DNA from: an uncultured Saprospiraceae bacterium
GTDB taxonomy: Bacteria; Bacteroidota; Bacteroidia; Chitinophagales; Saprospiraceae
Reading direction: 5' to 3'
Assembly (NCBI GenBank): GCA_937959115.1
Contig: CALGAW010000010.1
Coordinates: forward strand, 63,357-127,356
Length of the DNA: 64,000 nt
The translations under genes were made by a program, and so were the position numbers. Shown here piece after piece: positions 17,280 through 26,367 of this stretch (positions within the stretch are counted from its first letter, which is position 1; every line of letters begins with the position of its first letter). Under the pieces are notes generated by a model. That model was not told the origin of the DNA. It did not search any database and saw only the letters and a list, made by a program, of their open reading frames with translations.

Positions 17280-20200
17280 ATGAAAAAAACATTCTTTGTT
17301 TTTATACTAATTGGATTCCTACTCTCAAACGTACTAGGAAATACGGTTACTTATAACGGTACAAATACAATAGTTCCAAATCCAGAAAAAGGATTGTACC
17401 AATATACCGCTGTTTACACTTCTAACTATACGCCATTAACGGTAGCCGAAGTGCAAAGTGCGCGGACGAATAAAGACATTACACTCATCTTTCGATACTT
17501 TATTCTTGATAATTTCAAAACTGGCCCTATTGACAATGCAACACTCAATAAAATTGAGCAGGATTTGCTTGCAATGCGCAATGGTGGAGCAAAAGGGATC
17601 ATTCGATTTTCATACATCAATACTTGGAATGGAAGTTCACAAGGACCATTTGGCGATGCAAGTAAAGCAGTCGTTTTGCAACACATTGACCAGTTGACTC
17701 CAATTCTACAGAATTATAGTGATGTGATTGCTACGTTACAAGCAGGTTTTATCGGTATTTGGGGTGAATGGTTTTATTCTGATTATTTCCAACCAGCTTC
17801 GACAACACAAGGCAGAATTGACCGAAAAGAGGTATTAGATAAGTTGCTAGATGTGATGCCAACAAACAGAATGGTGTCTCACCGATATCCAGAAGGAAAA
17901 GCGCAAATGTATGGGGTTTCAGTTCCTGGAGGTGCTATTGGACTCAGTGATGCTTATAGTGGAAGTGCTCTGAGCAGAATCGCCTTCCATAACGATTGTT
18001 TTCTGGTCTCAGCAAATGACTATACTTACGATAACAATACAAACGGACGAGCATATGCTGCTCAGGAATCAGACTTTTATGTGATGGGAGGCGAGTCGTG
18101 TGGTACGAGTAGCTTCTCCAATTGTACAAACGCGATTAGTGATTTGGAAACTTATAACTGGTCTTATCTCAATGATTATTACCATCCCGCAGTTATGTCA
18201 CAATGGCAAAATGAAGGCTGTTATGATGAAGTGGTTCGTAGATTAGGCTACCGATTTCGCCTAATCAACTCAACCGTTTCACCTTCTGTAGAAACAAGTC
18301 AGAATGTTGACATCACGATTGAAATGGCGAACGATGGCTTTGCACGACCATACAATCCTAGGAATGTGGAGGTCGTTTTCCGAAGCCAAGCTGATCAAAG
18401 TGAGTATACGTTTTCTATTGTCCCCCAAGGACAAGACGCTCGCCTTTTGTTACCAGCACATGGTCTTACAAAGACGTTGACTGCTTCCATTCCCGCTTCA
18501 GGATTACCAGTTGGAGATTATGATCTATTCTTGAATCTTTCAGATCCTGAATCAACCTTAAGCAACAATCCAAACTATAGCATTCGGACTGCAAATACTG
18601 GACTGTGGGAAGGAACTACGGGTTACAATGCTTTGCAAAACCCAGTAACAATAACGCAAGGAGGAAATCCTCAAAACCCAACGGTAACCTACAATGGATC
18701 AAATGCTATCGTACAAAATCCGGAGAAGGGACTGTATCGATATACGGATACGTATGCTTCCAATTACAACCCGCTAACACTTGCTGAAGTACAGTCTATT
18801 AGAAACGAGGATATTACATTAGTATTTAGATACTTTATCCTCGATAACTTTAAAACTGGGCCTATTGACAATGCGACTTTAACTAAGATCGAACAAGATT
18901 TTACAAACATGAGAAATGGTGGGGTAAAAGGCATCATTCGATTTTCATACATTAATACTTGGAATGGAAGCTCTCAAGGCCCGTTTGGTGATGCTAGTAA
19001 AGCAATCGTCTTACAGCATATCGACCAACTGACTCCAATTCTTCAAGCAAACAGTGATGTAATTGCTACATTACAAGCAGGTTTTATTGGTATTTGGGGA
19101 GAATGGTTTTATTCTGATTATTTCCAACCAGCCTCTACTACACAAGGAAGAATCGATCGAAAAGAGGTTTTAGATAAGTTACTAGACATCATGCCGACCA
19201 ACAGAATGGTTTCACACCGTTATCCAGAAGGGAAAGCTCAAATGTATCAATTAACGATTCCTGATGATTCAATCACAATCAATGATGCATATAGTGGTAG
19301 TAATTTGAGTAGAATCGCATTTCATAGTGATTGTTTTCTTGTGTCTGCGAATGACTATACCTTTAGCGACAACGTAAAGGGACGTCAGTACGCAGCTGGA
19401 GAAAGTCAATACTACGTAATGGGTGGTGAGTCTTGCGGAACGAGTAGCTTTTCAAATTGTACAAATGCACTAAGTGATCTGGAAGATTATCATTGGTCTT
19501 ATATCAATGATGGCTACCACCCGGCTGTATTGGCTCAATGGCAAACTGAAGGCTGTTTTGATGAAGTGGTGAGACGATTGGGCTATCGGTTTAGGCTAAT
19601 CAACTCTACCATTACGCAAACCGTATCTGGAAATCAGAACATTGATGTCTCCATAGAAATGGCAAATGATGGCTTTTCTCGCCCTTACAATCCTAGGAAC
19701 GTCAATCTAGTGTTTAGAAGTCAAGCTGACCAGAGTGAGTACTCTTTTTCAATTGTTCCTCAAGGTCAGGACGCTCGGCTATGGTTGCCCGCACATGGTG
19801 TAACAAAGACATTGAGTGCTGCTATTCCTGCTTCTGGATTACCGAATGGAGATTATGATGTATTTTTAAACTTAAACGATCCAGAAACAAGCCTATCCAA
19901 CAACCCTAACTTCAGTATACGTACTGCGAACACTGGGCTTTGGGAGGCATCGACTGGCTACAATGATTTGCAAACAGTTGTGACCGTTTCTGGAGGAGAT
20001 AATCTTGCCGTATCTGCTTGGTTGGAAGGCGCGCTATACGTTAGTAACAATCAGTATGCTACCACAATGCGTACGGACCTTTTTGACGCAGGTCTATTGC
20101 CCGGTCAAACGCCTGCTGGTGGCACGGCAACTCCTGCAGGCCAACCGTACTCAATTGCTCCTTGGAATTATAATGGGACAGAAGGCGCTAACTGGACGGA

Positions 20201-20732
20201 TACCGATTATCAAGCTGTCGTTTCACAAACGGGACAAAAGCCCGTAGACTGGGTGCTAATTAGCTTTAGAACGTCTATTACCAAGGCATCACAGGTTGCA
20301 AAGACCGCAGCACTGCTTATGGAGGATGGAACGGTGTACTTTCCATCACCAGTTACCTTAAATCCACAGACTCCAGTTTACGCACTTATTGAACACCGAA
20401 ATCATTTAGGCGCCTTGAGTGCGACTGCAAATTCACCAGTAAACAATCTGTTGACGTTTGACTTTAGAACTGAAAATGGTTATATGAATGGAGGTTTTAG
20501 CCAAAAGGAGGTATCTACTGGCAGATATGCGCTTTATGGAGGTGACGGTGATCAGTTAACAGACAGTCCTGGCTATGAAATTACAGGGAAGGACCGAATA
20601 CTTTGGAGTCAGAACAATGGGCTGTTTTCTTTGTATGATGCGAGCGACTTTACTATGGACAAAGATATTAGTGGGTTTGATCGGGTTTTCTGGTCCGCGA
20701 ATAACGGTATTTTTTCTAATGTGGAGCGGTAA
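17280..20732 (+). CDS. Secreted protein with two tandem DUF4874/DUF4832-like (putative glycoside-hydrolase-like) domains plus the same shared C-terminal module
   Basis: The likely start is 'MKKTFFVFILIGFLLSNVLG' (signal peptide). The repeats 'VTYNG(T/S)N…NPEKGLY(Q/R)YT…FRYFILDNFKTGPIDNATL…GFIGIWGEWFYSDYFQP' occur twice. The domain-family assignment is from memory and uncertain. Confidence 0.65.
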   Translation: MKKTFFVFILIGFLLSNVLGNTVTYNGTNTIVPNPEKGLYQYTAVYTSNYTPLTVAEVQSARTNKDITLIFRYFILDNFKTGPIDNATLNKIEQDLLAMRNGGAKGIIRFSYINTWNGSSQGPFGDASKAVVLQHIDQLTPILQNYSDVIATLQAGFIGIWGEWFYSDYFQPASTTQGRIDRKEVLDKLLDVMPTNRMVSHRYPEGKAQMYGVSVPGGAIGLSDAYSGSALSRIAFHNDCFLVSANDYTYDNNTNGRAYAAQESDFYVMGGESCGTSSFSNCTNAISDLETYNWSYLNDYYHPAVMSQWQNEGCYDEVVRRLGYRFRLINSTVSPSVETSQNVDITIEMANDGFARPYNPRNVEVVFRSQADQSEYTFSIVPQGQDARLLLPAHGLTKTLTASIPASGLPVGDYDLFLNLSDPESTLSNNPNYSIRTANTGLWEGTTGYNALQNPVTITQGGNPQNPTVTYNGSNAIVQNPEKGLYRYTDTYASNYNPLTLAEVQSIRNEDITLVFRYFILDNFKTGPIDNATLTKIEQDFTNMRNGGVKGIIRFSYINTWNGSSQGPFGDASKAIVLQHIDQLTPILQANSDVIATLQAGFIGIWGEWFYSDYFQPASTTQGRIDRKEVLDKLLDIMPTNRMVSHRYPEGKAQMYQLTIPDDSITINDAYSGSNLSRIAFHSDCFLVSANDYTFSDNVKGRQYAAGESQYYVMGGESCGTSSFSNCTNALSDLEDYHWSYINDGYHPAVLAQWQTEGCFDEVVRRLGYRFRLINSTITQTVSGNQNIDVSIEMANDGFSRPYNPRNVNLVFRSQADQSEYSFSIVPQGQDARLWLPAHGVTKTLSAAIPASGLPNGDYDVFLNLNDPETSLSNNPNFSIRTANTGLWEASTGYNDLQTVVTVSGGDNLAVSAWLEGALYVSNNQYATTMRTDLFDAGLLPGQTPAGGTATPAGQPYSIAPWNYNGTEGANWTDTDYQAVVSQTGQKPVDWVLISFRTSITKASQVAKTAALLMEDGTVYFPSPVTLNPQTPVYALIEHRNHLGALSATANSPVNNLLTFDFRTENGYMNGGFSQKEVSTGRYALYGGDGDQLTDSPGYEITGKDRILWSQNNGLFSLYDASDFTMDKDISGFDRVFWSANNGIFSNVER

Positions 20733-20812
20733 CACAAGAGTTAATTGACAGTTGATAATTGATAATTTTGAGGCGAGCAGCTTAAAAAGTAATTAAGCCA
20801 GTTGCATTGTGT

Positions 20813-21268
20813 TCAACGATGAACCTTTTTCCAACTTTGTAGTTCGATTAAATTTCCTTCTGGATCCCTTGCATAGACAAAGGTAATTTCACCGACACCG
20901 TGGATTTCTCTTTTGGTTGTTTCACCGAACAAGCTTCCTCCATTTTGTAATAGGTCTTTTACAACTTCTTCAACACTTTCGACTTCAAAGGCGATGTGTC
21001 CGAATCCTCTTTTGTTCGGTGGTATAAAATCTTGTTGTTCGATGTTCCCATATTGGTATATTTCAAGTGTGGGTCCATTTTCTCCGTGTCCGGGAAGTAA
21101 TAAGTGTGCGCCTTCTAGTGAAGCATTTTCTACTCCTGTTCCTCTATCAAGCCATTTTCCTGATTGTTTTCTTAAAGGAGGAACAATTTGACAGTCAAAC
21201 GTCTTTACATAGAAATCTACGAGTTCTTTCCAGTTGGTGCTTACAATATTTGTATGTGCAAACCTCAT
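20813..21268 (-). CDS. VOC family (glyoxalase/bleomycin-resistance fold) protein
   Basis: 'GFGHIAFEVESVEEV' and the N-terminus 'MRFAHTNIVSTNWKELVDFY' fit the family. The probable start is the internal Met of the track ORF. Confidence 0.65.
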   Translation of the reverse strand: MRFAHTNIVSTNWKELVDFYVKTFDCQIVPPLRKQSGKWLDRGTGVENASLEGAHLLLPGHGENGPTLEIYQYGNIEQQDFIPPNKRGFGHIAFEVESVEEVVKDLLQNGGSLFGETTKREIHGVGEITFVYARDPEGNLIELQSWKKVHR

Positions 21269-21386
21269 TTTACCAGTATTCTTTTCACTCAAGATATGCA
21301 ATCAATCATCAAAATTCAATTGATTGAAATAAGAAAGTTTCAAAAGAACTTTACTCCTCAATAAAGATCTTCCTAACAAATTACTA

Positions 21387-21394
21387 TATATTTG
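21387..21394 (+). promoter_or_regulatory. -7 box TATATTTG 33 nt upstream of the 21427 start
   Basis: Matches TAnnTTTG. Confidence 0.35.
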
Positions 21395-21426
21395 CAGAGA
21401 TGAACAATACTATATTTAGTCGATAA

Positions 21427-22881
21427 ATGAAATTAACGAAGCTTCAATCTATTTTCATTCTTCTTGTATTTGTAATGACAAGCTACGTGCAACATGCAAA
21501 ATACATTGATCTAGATATTCAGGGAATTCATGCCTGGCGACAGTCCCAGACGATGTGGAATATCAGAAACTTTGTAAGGCATGACAACAACATTTTAAAT
21601 CCACGTTCAAATAGACTAAGATCGGGAAAAACGTTAATGTTAAGATATGAGTTCCCTATTATGCAATGGGGCATTGCGCAGTTTCAAAGAGTCTTTGGTG
21701 AGGGCATTTCTGTGACGAGAAATCTGATTTTCATCATTGGTATTTTTTCAATATTCTGCCTGTTTGGGATTGTCCAAATCTTATTTGAAAACTGGTTGAC
21801 CTCATTAGTCACTGCGATTTTGTTCATGTACACGCCTTTGTTTTTTTCTTATACGATAAATCCACTTCCTGACAACTTAGCCTTATGCGGTGGTTTATTC
21901 TACATTTATTTTATATTAAAACACAGGGATTCAGAGAAGTTCAGTCATCTCATCTTAGCGGGATTGTTTTTACTTCTTGCGACACTAAGTAAGCTTCCTT
22001 ACCTGATGTTCTCGATTTTGAGTATCACCTTCTTCTTTCATGACATTATTAAGAACAAAAAAGTAGATCAATCATTGATCAAATATGCTCTTATACAACT
22101 GTTGCTTATTGTTCCAGCCTTTGCTTGGTATCTATGGGTCATGCCCAATTGGACCAATAATCCTGTATTGATGGGGTTTGGTGACAACTTTGTTTTGGAT
22201 GAATATTTAAAAATTGCTACCTATCATGTGAATGTTATGTTTCCTTATATTATCCTTTCACAACCGACTTGGATATTGGTTGTGTTGGGCTTGCTAAGCT
22301 TTCTTAACAATTGGAGGTCCTATGCTTGGATATTCAGCTTGATCGTCATTACTTTTGTCTATCTGTTATTGGAATTTAAACCAATTGGAGTTGGTCATGA
22401 TTATTACATGATGCCGTTCCTCCCTTGGCTATTTTTTGTCATTGGATTTGGTGTTCATTTAATAAATAGATTCAAATATGGAATAATCCTCCTAGGAATT
22501 CTTTGTAATTGGAGCATCAATCATACGCCAAAAGTAACAAAACGAATGTGGCAAGTAGAAACCTCCTACCTGAGTGCTGATCTCTTTAAATATTCTGAGG
22601 AACTAAAAAATGCGGTACCTAATCACGAGCCCTGTATTATTTTCAATGACAAATCAAGATGTGTGTTTTCCTATCGAATAGACAAAATTGGATACATCTA
22701 TGGAGACGACAGCTTTAAGCCGATGTGGATAAAAGATTTGTTGCCCAAACATAATGTGAAATACTTGTATTCCAATTCAAGAAAAATAGATGAATCCGCT
22801 GCGTTCCAACCATATATTGACTCTACTCTGCTAATTAGAGGTGATATAAGAGTGTTTAAACTCAAATTACCAGAGGAGTAA
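21427..22881 (+). CDS. Polytopic membrane protein, possibly a GT39/GT83-like (ArnT/PMT-type) glycosyltransferase
   Basis: There are more than ten hydrophobic segments. The family assignment is tentative. Confidence 0.5.
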   Translation: MKLTKLQSIFILLVFVMTSYVQHAKYIDLDIQGIHAWRQSQTMWNIRNFVRHDNNILNPRSNRLRSGKTLMLRYEFPIMQWGIAQFQRVFGEGISVTRNLIFIIGIFSIFCLFGIVQILFENWLTSLVTAILFMYTPLFFSYTINPLPDNLALCGGLFYIYFILKHRDSEKFSHLILAGLFLLLATLSKLPYLMFSILSITFFFHDIIKNKKVDQSLIKYALIQLLLIVPAFAWYLWVMPNWTNNPVLMGFGDNFVLDEYLKIATYHVNVMFPYIILSQPTWILVVLGLLSFLNNWRSYAWIFSLIVITFVYLLLEFKPIGVGHDYYMMPFLPWLFFVIGFGVHLINRFKYGIILLGILCNWSINHTPKVTKRMWQVETSYLSADLFKYSEELKNAVPNHEPCIIFNDKSRCVFSYRIDKIGYIYGDDSFKPMWIKDLLPKHNVKYLYSNSRKIDESAAFQPYIDSTLLIRGDIRVFKLKLPEE

Positions 22882-22931
22882 TGTTTAATTTTCAATGTGT
22901 TTTACGTTGTGCGTCTTGGGGCTTCTTGTTG

Positions 22932-23606
22932 TTAGTTATTAATGAGCCTTAGCGCTTCTCTTTTGCTTAGATTACTTAATGGGTATTTTTCTGTAATCTG
23001 AATTACCCAATCGGGGTCTCGTCTACTGTAATCTCTTAATGCCCAGCCGATGGCTTTATTGATGAAAAACTCCTTGCTACCCAATGATTGACTGATCGCG
23101 TGTTCCAATAATCGGAGATCCGTTTTTTCCTTGTATTTTAATTGATAAATGATGGCGGTGCGTTGTAGCCAGATGTTTCCAGAACCTAGCCATTTCTGTA
23201 CAAATGTTTGCTGTTTATCTGGGTAGTTTGAAAAATAGTTGCTCACCAGCTTCGTGGCAATCATGTCAACTGTATCCCACCAAGAATTGTTTGTTATGAG
23301 AAATTCAAACAATTCGATATCAGAAGGGTCAGGTTGCTTTTTATACTTGAATGCAAGCTCCTGGGCGAAATAATGGTATTCTCGTTGTGGTTTTCCCCAT
23401 AGGGTTTTTACCATTTTAAATGCTTGGTCTTTGGATGGGAGAAAGTCCTTTGCTAAAAACGGTTTTTGAAGGGCTCTTCGATCTGGCGTCTTCATTCCGT
23501 AAAAAGAAAATTTGTGCTTCAGGTAAGCGGATTGCTGCTTGGCAAGTGCTGGGTTAGCTGATTGACTAAATTCGGTGGTCAGTGCGCTGATATATTCCTT
23601 TTCCAT
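22932..23606 (-). CDS. DNA alkylation repair enzyme (AlkD/AlkC-like HEAT-repeat glycosylase family)
   Basis: The N-terminus 'ALTTEFSQSANPALAKQQSAYLKHKFSFYGMKTPDRRAL' is typical of the family. Confidence 0.7.
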   Translation of the reverse strand: MEKEYISALTTEFSQSANPALAKQQSAYLKHKFSFYGMKTPDRRALQKPFLAKDFLPSKDQAFKMVKTLWGKPQREYHYFAQELAFKYKKQPDPSDIELFEFLITNNSWWDTVDMIATKLVSNYFSNYPDKQQTFVQKWLGSGNIWLQRTAIIYQLKYKEKTDLRLLEHAISQSLGSKEFFINKAIGWALRDYSRRDPDWVIQITEKYPLSNLSKREALRLINN

Positions 23607-23884
23607 TATTTATTCTTCAAATTAAACAGACAGTCAATTTCCATAGTAGTAGAGCTGTTATCAAGGGATAACTGTGCCTTCCTGCGATCAGCTAGCAAGG
23701 CTCAAAAATGGTTGAAAGACTCTTTGGGATTGATTTCATCTTCAAAAATATTCTTACGTAAACGTTCTTGTAACTTACTCATGATTTTTAATTATGAATA
23801 TTTTCACATATATGCAAAGCGCCATCTCTGGGAGGTAAGAAGCAGATATGGTCGTCTTATATAATGTTAGCTGTAGGTACTCGT

Positions 23885-25219
23885 TCATTGTATTAAGCTC
23901 TTACAGTATTTCAAGGCAGTATCTTCATTTTTCAATATGTCTGAGATACTAGGCTTTATTTCGTAATCAGGACTGATTCCTTTGTTTTTTGGTAAATACT
24001 CAACGTTGGATTCAAATGTTCTCGTTGCTACAAAAGGAGTTATACTTGTATTTGCCAGTGTATGTGATTTAACGGTGGCATTACATCTGTAGGTCGCTCC
24101 AGTTTCTTGACCAACGAATATTCCGAATTTACCCTCTTTAATTAGGGCACAAAGTTGTCCAGTTGTTGATGCACATTTTCCATTAATCAAAATATATGGT
24201 TTTCCTTTGAATCGATTAGGGTTAAGTCCTATTTCTTTTTGCAAATCCAGATAGTTGAATGTGCCGGTTTTATAATATTGAAAAGGTTTGTCAGCAATGT
24301 GTTGTAACAAATAGGCACCGCAGTATGGATCACCTCCACCATTATTTCTTAAATCTATAATTAGATTTTCAATTTGTTTTTTGTTGATATCGACAAAACA
24401 ACTGTCAATAAACTCCTTAAACGTTTCAAAATTTTCTCTGTAGTAATAGAAACTTCTTATAGTAACTATAGCAACATTATTTTCGGTTTCATAACACAAA
24501 TTATTTACGCATGTTTCTTGATTATTTGCTTCTTCATAGCTATCAAGTTGCTTTAAAACAGTTGAATTTGACTTACCATCTTTTAAATATTCAATTTCAT
24601 ATTTGTTGGTAAATTTGAATACAAATGCTGCGTATTCCATAAAACTCTGATTGATATATTCTTCTTTAAAACTCAAATTATTTGCATCTGAGGAAATATG
24701 TTTAAACATTTCGGTTTTTAATTCCTTAACACCCATCCCGTTTATTTTCAAAATCTCACTACCTTTTGAAAGGCTAGCCGCATTTTCCAATGGGTCGGTT
24801 ACAAATAACTGATTGTCGATATAATTTACTGTCAATGGGAATAGAAGAAAATCGGGTAAAAAATAAGTTAACCCAAGTGTAGGAACGACAGTATGTCCGC
24901 AACCAACTTCGGCTACTAGAGAACGGCATAACCAAATAAATTCTCCAATTTTGAGTTTATCTTCAATTTGGTTCTTTTTCTTTTCTATTAATACAGCGAA
25001 GTCTTTTTTCGAAATGTACTCATTCAATTGAGGGTGGTTGTCTTTGAGGATGTTGACAAATTGATTGAAATCTTGAATGTATTTTTCTTTTGAAAATGTT
25101 GTTAAGATGCTTAGTCTTTCAATGTCTTCGTTTATGATTTGTGAGTTTGATTCTGAACTGTTTTGGTTGCAACTTAGAAATGTGAGTAGAATTATTATAT
25201 ATATTATTTTGTTAATCAT
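23885..25219 (-). CDS. S41 family (tail-specific/C-terminal processing) peptidase with a lipoprotein-type signal
   Basis: 'LIIDLRNNGGGDPYCGAYLLQHI' is the S41 motif. The N-terminus carries a 'LSC' lipobox. Confidence 0.8.
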   Translation of the reverse strand: MINKIIYIIILLTFLSCNQNSSESNSQIINEDIERLSILTTFSKEKYIQDFNQFVNILKDNHPQLNEYISKKDFAVLIEKKKNQIEDKLKIGEFIWLCRSLVAEVGCGHTVVPTLGLTYFLPDFLLFPLTVNYIDNQLFVTDPLENAASLSKGSEILKINGMGVKELKTEMFKHISSDANNLSFKEEYINQSFMEYAAFVFKFTNKYEIEYLKDGKSNSTVLKQLDSYEEANNQETCVNNLCYETENNVAIVTIRSFYYYRENFETFKEFIDSCFVDINKKQIENLIIDLRNNGGGDPYCGAYLLQHIADKPFQYYKTGTFNYLDLQKEIGLNPNRFKGKPYILINGKCASTTGQLCALIKEGKFGIFVGQETGATYRCNATVKSHTLANTSITPFVATRTFESNVEYLPKNKGISPDYEIKPSISDILKNEDTALKYCKSLIQ

Positions 25220-25361
25220 CTCTTTTTTTGTCCTAGTTACATGCGGCGTGCTGACGAAGGAAGCATGATCGTCATGTCACATGTAATGTGCTGCCCCTGT
25301 TACACTCTGTGGGCTTTATATGATTTTCAATAAATGCCTTACAGAATGTTTCAATATTTAA

Positions 25362-25553
25362 TCAATCGTTTCTTAGAAATAGCGCTTCATCTGAATCTTT
25401 AATTAATTTAGAAAATTTTAATCTGATTTTTTGGATTAGAGAAAGCTTTTTAGAATCGGATTCTTGGTTATTTCTAACATCTTTTATTTCCTTTTCTCTT
25501 TGTTCCTTTAGTGCTCTGATATATTCGTTTTTACCTCCGCTATGTAATTGCAT
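25362..25553 (-). CDS. Small hypothetical protein (63 aa, Lys/Glu-rich)
   Basis: This is the only ORF in an otherwise non-coding AT-rich stretch at the island edge. Nothing else supports it. Confidence 0.2.
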   Translation of the reverse strand: MQLHSGGKNEYIRALKEQREKEIKDVRNNQESDSKKLSLIQKIRLKFSKLIKDSDEALFLRND

Positions 25554-25914
25554 ATTGATTAATGTTTATACGTAATTTTTAGTATTTGTAAAATAGTCTT
25601 TTTTCAGAAAATAAACAATTTCACTCTTATGTCTACCTGTTTTCGAATTTCTTTGCAAGTTTCAATTTATCCAAATTGTTTGATTAAGGAAAAGACTCAT
25701 ATTCCCTTTTTTCTGATGCGCTCATTCAATGTAGTTTCCAGATTTTGATTGATGTTCTTTTCATATTAAATCCTAAGTGAAGTTTGTGATTGATTTCAAC
25801 TTGTGGCCTTTTTGGCTTTATTTAACGGCCAACTTTCTTAACGTTTCTATCATTCGTTTTTCTTTCCATTTCGTCTGATATTAGTTGTGTAATGTAAATC
25901 ATTCTGTAGTATTT

Positions 25915-26277
25915 TTATTCAGAGTAGTTTACGATTGCTTTAACAACCTTTTTGTTGTCATTAAATATCATTAATTCAGCAGATTTTTTATTTGTTGCTG
26001 TATTTATATAATAGATAGTAATACTATTAACTCCGATTAATACATTAATAATTTCAAAGTGTAAATTAGGGTTTGATTCGAGTCCAATATTCCAATATTT
26101 TCTGACATTATCTTTTCCAATTACGATTCCATTAGTTTCAGGAAGTCTTTTTAAAGCAAGTGGACTCTCAATCGTAAAATCATCAGTATAATGAGATAAT
26201 ATTTTTTCGAGATTATGAGAATTCCAATCTTTTGTCCAATTTTCGGAGAACTGTTTAGCGAAATCTATGGTTATCAT
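25915..26277 (-). CDS. SnoaL-like / NTF2-like small protein
   Basis: 'FAKQFSENWTKDWNSHNLEKILSHYTDDFTIESP' fits the SnoaL fold. The track's N-terminal extension to 26352 is generated by the CATATG inside repeat copy A, so the start is probably the internal Met. Confidence 0.5.
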   Translation of the reverse strand: MITIDFAKQFSENWTKDWNSHNLEKILSHYTDDFTIESPLALKRLPETNGIVIGKDNVRKYWNIGLESNPNLHFEIINVLIGVNSITIYYINTATNKKSAELMIFNDNKKVVKAIVNYSE

Positions 26278-26302
26278 ATTTTGTTGTTTTGAGCTTGTAG
26301 AG

Positions 26303-26363
26303 AACGTTTCGCATATGCGACGGCATAACCGAATGGGAAGGCTGGACGTCATATGCTTTTGTT
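26303..26363. repeat. Direct repeat copy A (~61 bp, internally palindromic: CGCATATGCG … GCATATGCGACG/CGTCATATGC)
   Basis: It is ~87% identical to copy B at 27555-27615 and in the same orientation. It sits 4 nt 3' of the Fic stop codon. Confidence 0.75.
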
Positions 26364-26367
26364 CGCT

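Noticed and set aside
14249-20247. Short antisense or alternative-frame ORFs inside the two giant secreted-protein genes (14249-14476, 14534-14815, 15678-15897, 16041-16223, 17426-17697, 17944-18129, 18605-18952, 20005-20247)
   Set aside because: They are shadow ORFs within confidently coding, internally repeated genes. Several occur in pairs only because the host gene is duplicated.
25220-25915. Looked for a tRNA, integrase or att site marking the island boundary
   Set aside because: There is no tRNA-like cloverleaf, no GGTTCGAATCC T-loop and no recombinase ORF. The stretch has only AT-rich low-complexity sequence and one doubtful 63-aa ORF.
25915-26352. Full 145-aa version of the SnoaL-like ORF as given in the track
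   Set aside because: The first 25 codons ('MTSSLPIRLCRRICETFSTSSKQQN') are read through repeat copy A and start at the ATG created by its CATATG palindrome. The conserved SnoaL-like sequence begins at the internal Met at 26277.
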